From an uncultured Rickettsiales bacterium (GTDB lineage: Bacteria; Pseudomonadota; Alphaproteobacteria; Rs-D84): DNA of 64,000 bases. Location: contig URSG01000002.1 in assembly GCA_900550565.1 (NCBI GenBank), forward strand, positions 5,123-69,122, in the 5' to 3' direction. Shown in pieces: positions 45,612 to 54,900 of the stretch (the stretch's first letter is position 1; each line of letters starts with the position of its first letter). The translations under genes and the position numbers were made by a program. The notes under the pieces were generated by a model. It made no database searches. It was given only the letters and a program-made list of their open reading frames with translations, and had not been told where the DNA came from.

Positions 45612-46685
45612 TCAATCTTCGCGGAACAGGCGCGCTGGGTCAACCGCGGCGTTGCCACGTCTGACCTCCAGATACATTTCAGGCTTGTTCGGGTTCATAC
45701 GCCCAACCGGTTCGCCGGCCAGAACATCTTGCTCAACCATAACATCAATATCGCCCAGGTTTGTCATAACCGTGTTATATCCGTTCTTGTGCGATATAAT
45801 CAGCACACGACCAAATCCACGAAAACTGTCCGCGAATTTTACCGTGCCGTCCGCCGGTGCCATCACCAATGCCGCCCCACGCGTGCGAATCCGCCAACCG
45901 TCTGACTTTAACCCCAGGGCCGTTTTTTCGCCGAAATGCACGACAACACGACCGCGCACAGGCTGGTTCAATTTGCGAAATGAAAAACGGGAATCACCTG
46001 ACATTTGCGAACTGCCCACACCGGCGGACAATTCAGAAATACTTTTCGCGCGCGCCGATAATTCGCGCAATTTTTTTTGTAATGCCGCCTGTTCTGTCTT
46101 TAATTTCTGGTTTTGGGCCGCGCGACGTTGCAACAGTTTGTCCAGTTCTGTCTTTTCAGCCGCATATTTTTTCGCCGTGCGGTCCAGTTTTTCTTTTTCA
46201 ACCGCGCGCGCGTCACGGATTTTTTCCAGTTCGCGAATCTTTTGCGTCGCGTCGCGAATTTCTTCGTCAAAACGCGCCGACGCCCCCGACAACACCGCCG
46301 ACGTCAGAACGTATTCGCGCATATTATCTGTGTCAAAACTGGGGTGCGACGCAACGAATAAAATGCTGGCCGCGGCATCAGAAATTCGCGCCCGATTTTC
46401 GTCCAGTGACCGCGTCAATCGGTCGCGCTGGGCGTCCAGGTCGGCAATTTTACGAACAACAACACCGCGCTGTTCTTCCAGATTGCTGACCTGTTTGCCG
46501 GCCGCAACCAGTTTCTTTTTAGTCTTTTCAACCTCGGCCTGGGACGTGCGGACACGCTGGCTCAGTTTTTTATTTTCTTGTTCTGTTTTGGCAATCTGGG
46601 CGTTGATACGCGACAGCTCGCTGGCGCACAAAACGGGTTCGGTCGCCAAAATCAGCCCAAATAAACCAATCAACAGTTTTTTCAT
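45612..46685 (-). CDS. EnvC-like murein hydrolase activator (coiled coil plus M23/LytM domain)
   Basis: Signal peptide, long coiled coil, C-terminal LytM-like domain (...GVVVHFGEK...GEPVGRMNP...). Confidence 0.75.
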   Translation of the reverse strand: MKKLLIGLFGLILATEPVLCASELSRINAQIAKTEQENKKLSQRVRTSQAEVEKTKKKLVAAGKQVSNLEEQRGVVVRKIADLDAQRDRLTRSLDENRARISDAAASILFVASHPSFDTDNMREYVLTSAVLSGASARFDEEIRDATQKIRELEKIRDARAVEKEKLDRTAKKYAAEKTELDKLLQRRAAQNQKLKTEQAALQKKLRELSARAKSISELSAGVGSSQMSGDSRFSFRKLNQPVRGRVVVHFGEKTALGLKSDGWRIRTRGAALVMAPADGTVKFADSFRGFGRVLIISHKNGYNTVMTNLGDIDVMVEQDVLAGEPVGRMNPNKPEMYLEVRRGNAAVDPARLFRED

Positions 46686-47899
46686 TACTTTTTCACAACA
46701 CGCAAAAATGTTTTCTTGCCCTTTTGCACAACGATTTCATCGGCCGGCGCAACAATGTGTTTTGGGTCTGTGATTTTTTCGCCGTCCAGTTGAATTCCGC
46801 CCTGTTCCACGTTGCGTCGCGCCTCGGACTTGGATGTGAACAGCCCGGCCACACACAGGAAATCCAAGATACCCATTGCCGCAGCAAAATCAATCTGGGC
46901 CGTCGGCATATTTTCAGATTTTGCCCCGCCCCCAAACAGTGCGTCGGCCGCATCTTGGGCCGCCACCGCCGCATCATGACCGTGAGCGATTTCGGTCGCA
47001 TTAAATGCCAGCACGCGTTTAACCGCATTCAGTTCCGCACCACGCGCCACCGCCAGACGTGCAATTTCGTCCAATGGAATTTCAGTGAATATCTTTAAAA
47101 ACGTTTCCACCAGGTCGTCGGGCGTGTTGCGGAAATACTGGTAATATTCGTATGGCGACGTTTTGTCTTCGTTCACCCAGACCGCGTTGCCGGCCGATTT
47201 GCCAATCTTTTCGCCGTTTGCGTCGGTAATCAACTGGGTTGACAAAACAAACACTTCTTTGCCCAGTTTTTTACGCACCAGTTCAACACCCATAATGCTG
47301 TTGCCCCACTGGTCTGCGCCACACAGTTGCACCGTGCAGTTATACTTTTTATACAACGTCAAGAAATCAACCGCCTGGAACGTCATATAATTAAATTCCA
47401 AAAACGTCATACCGTTTTCCAAACGACGGCGCACGCTTTCCATACCCAGCATACGTGGCACAGTGAAATCAGTCCCGAATTCGCGCAGGAAATCCATGTG
47501 GCTGTATCCACTCATCCAATCGTTGTTGTCAACCATCAGCGCACCAGTTGATGTACCATCAAAATGGATAAATTTTTCAATTGAATGGCGTAATCCAGCA
47601 CAGTTGTGTTCAATCTGGGCATCGGTCAACATCGGACGTCCCTTGTCCCGGCCAGACGGGTCACCAATGCGCCCCGTTGCACCACCAACCAACGCGATTG
47701 GACGATGACCATATTTTTGAAGCCAACGCATCAACATCAACGACGCCAAATGCCCCGTGTGCAACGAATCCCCAGTTGGATCGGTTCCCCAGTATGCCGT
47801 CACGCGCCCCGCATTTAACGCATCATTCAGCGCGTCCATATTAGACGCCTGATTGATAAAACCGCGCGCCTCTAATTCCTGTAATAATTCGTTTTTCAT
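46685..47899 (-). CDS. tyrS: Tyrosyl-tRNA synthetase
   Basis: GTDPTGDSLHTGHL (HIGH), KIGKS (KMSKS), C-terminal S4 domain. Confidence 0.9.
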   Translation of the reverse strand: MKNELLQELEARGFINQASNMDALNDALNAGRVTAYWGTDPTGDSLHTGHLASLMLMRWLQKYGHRPIALVGGATGRIGDPSGRDKGRPMLTDAQIEHNCAGLRHSIEKFIHFDGTSTGALMVDNNDWMSGYSHMDFLREFGTDFTVPRMLGMESVRRRLENGMTFLEFNYMTFQAVDFLTLYKKYNCTVQLCGADQWGNSIMGVELVRKKLGKEVFVLSTQLITDANGEKIGKSAGNAVWVNEDKTSPYEYYQYFRNTPDDLVETFLKIFTEIPLDEIARLAVARGAELNAVKRVLAFNATEIAHGHDAAVAAQDAADALFGGGAKSENMPTAQIDFAAAMGILDFLCVAGLFTSKSEARRNVEQGGIQLDGEKITDPKHIVAPADEIVVQKGKKTFLRVVKK

Positions 47900-47996
47900 A
47901 TCTTTTTCCTTGTGTCCATTATGTTAGCAGAGTTTCGTCCCCCGCGCAAATATTTTCGCACCGCAGCGCAACACAGAGACAGACTCTCTATAAAAA

Positions 47997-48021
47997 ATAC
48001 CGCCAAACGGCGGTATTTTTT
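47997..48021 (-). terminator. tsf terminator (ATACCGCC-AAAC-GGCGGTAT)
   Basis: AAAC tetraloop family with a T-run. Confidence 0.7.
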
Positions 48022-48035
48022 CACCGGCATTAAAA

Positions 48036-48905
48036 TTATGCCAACATTTTTGCAACTTCGTCCGCCAAGTTGTCTTCGCGTTTCTGGATTCCTTCGCCCA
48101 GAACATAATACGCAAAGCCAGCCAGTTTGCCGCCGTGTTCGGCAACAACTTCTTTGACTGTCTTGGACGGGTCCATAACGAACGCCTGTTCTTCCAGAAC
48201 GGTTTCGGCATAGTATTTGTGGATACGGCCCTGAACCATTTTTTCAACCACAGCCTCTGGCTTGCCAGCGGTTGCGCCAGATTCAATAAACACCTTCTTT
48301 TCGCGTTCAACGGCAGCCGGATCAACATCGGCAATTGTCATAAATTCAGGTTTATTTGCTGCTATGTGCATTGCAATTTTATTGCCAATTTCGTCAATTT
48401 TGTCGGAATCGCCATCAATCGCAACTGCAACACCAATCTGACCCATACCTGGGACCAATGCGTTGTGGATATATGTGTAAATATGCTGACCAGAAACGTG
48501 TGCAATACGACGCAACGCCATATTTTCACCGATTGTAGAAATGGTCGCTGCGATGTCATCTTTGACCGCCGCCAATGTCGCGTCAAAATCACCACCCAAT
48601 TCCAATGCCTTGGCTGCAACGTCGGCAACCAATTTTTGGAATTTGTCGTTTTTCGCAACAAAGTCTGTTTCTGCGTTCAATTCAACGACGCAACCCATAT
48701 TATCGCATTTTACAACGGTCACCAAACCAGACGCTGCAACACGTCCAGCCTTGGACGCCGCCTTGACAATACCCTTTTGGCGCAACCAATCGGCCGCCGC
48801 TTCAATATCGCCATTTGATTCAACCAATGCCTTTTTGCAATCCATCATACCTGCGGATGTTTTTTCACGCAGTTCTTGAACCATTTTTGCGGTTATTTCT
48901 GCCAT
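48036..48905 (-). CDS. tsf: Elongation factor Ts
   Basis: MAEITAKMVQELREKTSAGMMDCKKAL N-terminal UBA-like domain. Confidence 0.95.
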   Translation of the reverse strand: MAEITAKMVQELREKTSAGMMDCKKALVESNGDIEAAADWLRQKGIVKAASKAGRVAASGLVTVVKCDNMGCVVELNAETDFVAKNDKFQKLVADVAAKALELGGDFDATLAAVKDDIAATISTIGENMALRRIAHVSGQHIYTYIHNALVPGMGQIGVAVAIDGDSDKIDEIGNKIAMHIAANKPEFMTIADVDPAAVEREKKVFIESGATAGKPEAVVEKMVQGRIHKYYAETVLEEQAFVMDPSKTVKEVVAEHGGKLAGFAYYVLGEGIQKREDNLADEVAKMLA

Positions 48906-48934
48906 TGTTTTCCCCCATAATTTATGTGTTTATA

Positions 48935-49780
48935 TTATTTGTCGGCTTTGTCGGCCAATTTACCACGACGTTCTGCGCGTGCTTCTGATGTCTTGGACTT
49001 CTGGCGCGCTTCTTTGTCTTTGACGCCTGCTTCAAATGCGTCGGCTGCACTCAGGTCTGCGTCGCCTTTCTTGCCGGCTGCGCCACCCAAACGTTTTTCA
49101 ATACCAGACAAAATTGCGTCAACAAACAGGTCGCAATACAACTGGGTTGCACGTGCCGCGTCATCGTTGCCCGGAACTGGGTAATCAACCAATTCTGGAT
49201 TCGCGTTTGTATCGCAGATTGCGATTGTCGGAATATCCAGATTGCGCGCTTCGCGGACAGCATTGATTTCACGTGGAACGTCAATTACAATCATCGCCTG
49301 GGGCGTGCCGTGCATTTCCAAGATACCGCCGAAAATATCGCGCAGTTTTTCAACTTCTTTGGTCATAACGCCAACTTCCTTTTTGGTCAGACCCAATTTA
49401 TCGGCGTTTGCGATGTCCGCTTCCATCTTTTTCAGACGACGGATAGACTGTGAGACGGTTGTCCAGTTTGTCAGCATACCACCCAACCAGCGGTTGTTGA
49501 CATAATATTGACCACAACGTTCAGCCGCATCTTTGACAATGTCTTTGGCCTGGTGCTTGGTCGCGACGAACAGAACCTTGCCACCGGCGGCCGCGATTGC
49601 TTCCAATGCAACCAATGAACGATACAACAACGGTGCAGTTTTGTTCAAATTGATGATGTGAATTTTATCCTTGACCCCATAAACATACGGTGTCATCAAC
49701 GGGTTCCAGCGACGTGTGTGGTGACCGAAATGGACGCCAGCTTCCATCAACTGTTTCATAGTAAATGTTGGCAATGCCAT
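48935..49780 (-). CDS. rpsB: 30S ribosomal protein S2
   Basis: MKQLMEAGVHFGHHTRRWNP. Confidence 0.95.
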   Translation of the reverse strand: MALPTFTMKQLMEAGVHFGHHTRRWNPLMTPYVYGVKDKIHIINLNKTAPLLYRSLVALEAIAAAGGKVLFVATKHQAKDIVKDAAERCGQYYVNNRWLGGMLTNWTTVSQSIRRLKKMEADIANADKLGLTKKEVGVMTKEVEKLRDIFGGILEMHGTPQAMIVIDVPREINAVREARNLDIPTIAICDTNANPELVDYPVPGNDDAARATQLYCDLFVDAILSGIEKRLGGAAGKKGDADLSAADAFEAGVKDKEARQKSKTSEARAERRGKLADKADK

Positions 49781-50004
49781 GATTTTATCCTTTTTTCTGT
49801 TGTTATCCTCGCCGTGGACGCCAGACCAGATTTATTAAATCCAGACAGAAACTTTGCCCAACGGTTGTGTTATTCACGCCAGCGCGTGTAGCCCGATAAT
49901 AGAACAAATGCCCAATAAAATCAAGCAGAAATTAAAAAAATACATATATTTATATTTGTGGGATTTACGTTGACAGAAAGTCCTTGTGTGGCTATTCTCG
50001 GGTT

Positions 50005-51819
50005 ATGAAACTGTTGCACGCAATCATTACCGCGACCATATTTATATCTGGCACGTGCGCAAATGCACTGGGGGCGAACGATTGCACTAATCCAACATAT
50101 CGCCAGAACAATCCTGAAAAATGCAATTTCTTTGGCGGCGCGACCGCACTTGTCGGCAGTTCAACCATCGCGGCCAGCGCACTGGCATTGGCCAGTCTGG
50201 CGTCCACAGGCGGTGGTGGCGGACACAGCGGTGGCGTTCAACCGACATTGACCACACGATATTACGTCGGCAACGATTTAGATTCTGCGCACCTGGCCGG
50301 TATAATGGGCAGTGAAACATTTGAGCGCAATTTTGACCAATATAACAGTATTCGCCTGGCCTGGTCATTGGGGCGTGGCTGGACGGGGGCCGGCACAAAT
50401 ATTGCGGTGCTGGATTCTGGGCCAGATACGTGGCACGGCCGAACCGTTGCGTCATTTGCGTCTGGCGCGGTTGCCCCAGATGCCCACGTGACAGAATACA
50501 AGATTGTTGACGAAAAAATGGACTTTCTGGCATACGCCGATATTGCACGCACAATCGCCAGCGCACCCGACGCAAATGTTTATAACGCCAGTTGGTCTGT
50601 GGGTATGCGCGCAACCGAATTAAAATCACGCGCGCAACTGGAACGATTGACCGACCCTGCCTTTGTCACAGAACTGTCTAACGCGACAACCACGCGCGAC
50701 GCGATTTTCGTCTGGGCCGCCGGCAATGATGCGGCGAACCAATCCAGTATGTTATCGGCGATGCCCCGTGTTGTCCCAGAACTGCGTGGTCATTTTATAA
50801 ACGTTGTGGCATTTGATAACGCGACGGGCACACTGGCCGATTACAGCAACGCGTGTGGAATAACGCGCGACTGGTGCATAACCGCCCCCGGCAGTTTAAT
50901 TACCGACGACGGCGCGCACGCCGATGGCACCAGTTTTGCCGCCCCAATCGTATCGGCGGCAATCGCCACTGTGCGCCAGGCATTTCCATATATGACCGCC
51001 CCCCAGGTGACATCATTATTATTTGAAACCGCGCGCGACTTGGGCGCGCCTGGCATTGACGCGATATACGGCCACGGAATGTTAGACTTGGAACGCGCAA
51101 CGCGTCCTGTGGGGGTGGCATTGATTCCACTGGACGATGGCACAATGCAGCCATTGCGGACGGCGCGCGTATCGGGCCAAATCGCCCACAGCATAAAATC
51201 TGCAAATCCAAAGTTTGCATTTTTTGACGCATACGGGCGCGCATTTCCAGGAAATCTGAACGACAACATTTCAATAAAAAATCCATCTGTGGGGTGGCGA
51301 CATCTGCACGGCAACCAAACGACAAACGCCATGGACGCCGGCAATATCCAGATAGGATTTCGCAGCGCAGATTTCTTGCCCACCAGTGGGTTCTTGAACA
51401 CAGACCGCCAAAACTTTATCAGTTTTATTGGCGCAACAAATACGTGGGAATATATGGGTGCTGAAATATTCCAGAACGCCACAATCGGCCACGCACGCCC
51501 AGAAACCACGAACGACTCGTTCATTACTGGATTTTCAGACATAACAACCGCGTCATTTGCCGTCGGCACACGTATCCAAGACTGGACATTTTCTGTATCA
51601 ATCCCAGACACTGTGGTTTCTGGCAATATGACAATGCGCCTGCCCACGGGGCGCGCGCCAGACGGCACGATTTTATACCACGATTATACCGCCGACCTGG
51701 TCACGCGACCGTCTGTGGACATTTCGGCCAAATATAAATTTATGACCGTCGGATTTGTTGACAATCCATACGGCACAGACGAATTGTATCTGTTGGGAAC
51801 GTGGCGTTTGCGGTTCTAG
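50005..51819 (+). CDS. S8 (subtilisin-like) serine peptidase with a C-terminal domain ending in an OMP-type motif (possible autotransporter)
   Basis: AVLDSG (Asp), WHGRTVAS (His), GTSFAAP (Ser). C-terminus ...LLGTWRLRF. Signal peptide. Confidence 0.75.
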   Translation: MKLLHAIITATIFISGTCANALGANDCTNPTYRQNNPEKCNFFGGATALVGSSTIAASALALASLASTGGGGGHSGGVQPTLTTRYYVGNDLDSAHLAGIMGSETFERNFDQYNSIRLAWSLGRGWTGAGTNIAVLDSGPDTWHGRTVASFASGAVAPDAHVTEYKIVDEKMDFLAYADIARTIASAPDANVYNASWSVGMRATELKSRAQLERLTDPAFVTELSNATTTRDAIFVWAAGNDAANQSSMLSAMPRVVPELRGHFINVVAFDNATGTLADYSNACGITRDWCITAPGSLITDDGAHADGTSFAAPIVSAAIATVRQAFPYMTAPQVTSLLFETARDLGAPGIDAIYGHGMLDLERATRPVGVALIPLDDGTMQPLRTARVSGQIAHSIKSANPKFAFFDAYGRAFPGNLNDNISIKNPSVGWRHLHGNQTTNAMDAGNIQIGFRSADFLPTSGFLNTDRQNFISFIGATNTWEYMGAEIFQNATIGHARPETTNDSFITGFSDITTASFAVGTRIQDWTFSVSIPDTVVSGNMTMRLPTGRAPDGTILYHDYTADLVTRPSVDISAKYKFMTVGFVDNPYGTDELYLLGTWRLRF

Positions 51820-51932
51820 TGTTTTGCGTTCCTGTTGCCGTGAATCAAAAAAATCATATTTAGACTTGTCTTTTTGCCTTTCGGCATTTACAATAAAGTC
51901 ATATTCTGTTAGGAACAGGGGTCTGATACATA

Positions 51933-54900
51933 ATGAAAAAGAATTCACGCACACGTAAAACAAACAAACGCATACCGTCGCGCAAATGGCGTCGTATTAT
52001 TATTGCCGTTGTGGCCACGTTTATCACTGTGACCGCTGGCGCAGTATTGTGGCGCGCAGTATCGCATAAATCTGCAAACACGACGGTTATGCACGCATCT
52101 GTTCCTGAAATTTCGGCTGTGCGTTTTACTGATGACGGCACGGTATTGTTTGGCGCAAACGATATTCCAACCGTCAACAACAATCGCACGATGTCGGAAA
52201 TTATGCCACTGACGATTTCTTATAATTGGATGTCTGGGCCGTATCAGCGCGCAATCAAACCAAACCTGAGCCAGTCTGATATTGATAACGGCATAAAAAT
52301 ATCGCCATTGGTTCGCGGAACATTTAAAATCCAGGGTGGTGGCGATGAAATCACATTTACGCCCACGGTTGATTGGCCGGCCGACACTGATTTCACAGTT
52401 CGCATTGACAAACGTTTATTTAATGACGATGTATCTGTGGATAAAAAAACAATATCTTTTACCACGCCGAAAATTACTGCGACGGTATCCAGTTTTAATT
52501 TATACCCTGCCCCAGACGCAAAACAATCTGTTGTTGGGGTTGCGGTAATATCGTTTAATTATCCGATTGATACTGCAAACTTTACAGACAAAATTTTGGT
52601 CAAACTTGATGACCGCAAATTGGATTTTGACGTCAAACTGGATAAATTTCATCGCACCGCCGTGATTACAACTGCGCCGATAAAAATTACTAATTCGTCT
52701 CAGATTGTGCGCTTGAAATTAAACCGTGTGTCGCCGGCGTCTGGCGATGGCGCAACGAAAAAGTTGACTGCGCACACAACAGTTGAATCTGCGGATAATA
52801 TATTCAAGGTTGCATCTATTACAACAACGGCCGCCGATGATACAAACGGAAATGCGCGCCAACTGGTCTTGGTTGATATGACGACTGCGGCGGCACGCAA
52901 TACAGATTGGGCAAAAAATGTTGATATTTACCTGTTGCCAGAATTCAAAAACGACGACGAACAGGCCGACAATCGCACACACCACTGGGGCGCAGATGAA
53001 ATTACCGATGATGTATTAAAATCGGCCCAGAAATTGGATACAACGCGCACAGAATTCGTCAATCCGGCCGGCGTTTATCAATACGCATTTCCGTATGAGG
53101 TATCTGACACACGCGACCGATTTATATATGTCCGCGTGACGGCTGGGTTGAAATCAGAATCTGGGTTCACAATGAAAAACACCGCGTCATCTGTTATGGC
53201 GGTGCCATATCCACCACGCACGGTTAAAATCGCCGGCAGTGGCGCACTGTTGTCATTGGGTGGCGACAAAAATTTGGCCATTATGGCACGTGGTGGCGCG
53301 ACGGCAGCGTATGTGAATTTATACAAAATAAAATCATCTGAAATCAACCACCTGATTTCCCAGACATACAACATATTTTCTGAAAACATCGCGTTCAAAT
53401 CGTGGTCATTTGGCACCGATGATATGTCTGTTGTTTTTACCAAGAAAATCACATTTTCAGACACATCAATGACCCATACAAATTACGCGTCAATAAACTT
53501 GGGCGATTATCTGGACCGCACAAATGACAAGACGGGCATTTTCGTTATCCAAACTGGCCCAGATGAAAATTCCGCTGATTCCAGTGACCGTCGTCTGATT
53601 TTATTGACCGACCTGGGCATTATTCGCAAGGTGTCAACATCTGACGCGTCTGCGTTGTTTGTCGTGCAACTGTCTGATGGCGCGCCGGCGACCGACACAG
53701 AAATATCTGTTCTGGGACGCAACGGCAACGCCGTGTGGGCCGGTCGCACAGATGAAAACGGTCGCGCTGATTTACCGACACTGTCGCCAAACGAATATCG
53801 TGGCGCACGCGAACCGGTCGCGATTGTCGCGCGCCGTGGAACCGACGTATCGTTTATCCCATATAACGCAGGCGCACCAATGGTTGACTATTCTAAATTT
53901 GATGTTGACGGTGTATATTCATACGGCAACGTTCCACTGAACGCATTTATTTTCACAGACCGCGGAATTTATCGCGCTGGTGAAAAAATGATTATTGGTG
54001 GCATTGTCAAAAACAAATCGTTCAAATCATTGGCAGGAATACCTGTCCGTATGGAAATTCGTGACCCACGTGGCCGCGACAGTTTTTCCAAGACGTTTTC
54101 TGTCACGCACGACGGTATGTTTGATACCAGATATGAAATTCCTGCAACTGCGGCCACGGGCGAATACCAGGTTCATCTGTATTCTTTGGACGCGCGCAAT
54201 AATATTGATAACACGCTGGGTGGCACAACATTTCGCGTTGCCGATTTTGTCCCAGACAATTTGAAAATATCAACAAACATCACAGACGCATCGGACAACG
54301 GCTGGATTTCGCCTGAAAATATGCACGCCAATGTATCGTTGCGTAATTTGTTTGGAACGGCCGCCACAGATAAACGCATATCTGTCCAGGCAACTTTGCG
54401 TCCAACGAATTTCACGTTTTCTGGATACAGCGACTATAAATTCACAACTAATTTTATTTCTGGCACAGGCCTCAGCGACAGCACGGCCCGCAACGCCCAG
54501 ACATTTTCGGTTGATTTGCCAGATGTTCGCACCGATGAAAACGGCGCAGCCAGTTTTGACATCGCGTTTAATGACAGTATCCCAATGGGAACATACACGC
54601 TGTCCATCATCGCCCAGGGATTTGAAGGGGATTCTGGGCGCAGTGTTCGCGCCACCGCCACGACACGCGTATCTGGGGCAAAATACCTGGTGGGATATCG
54701 CGCGACGGGCGATTTAGACTATATTTCACGTGGCGCAACGCGCAGTGTTCATCTGATTGCGCTGGATCACACTGGGACAGCGGCGACGGCCACGGGGTTG
54801 CGTATGCGCTTGGTTCGTCGCGAAAATTTAACCAGCCTGGTCAAGGATTACAGTGGTTATTACAAATATCAAACGGTCACCCGGGACAAGGTTATAAATC

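Noticed and set aside
45652-46773. 373-aa plus-strand ORF
   Set aside because: Entirely antisense to the EnvC-like gene; Ser/Arg-rich low-complexity product.
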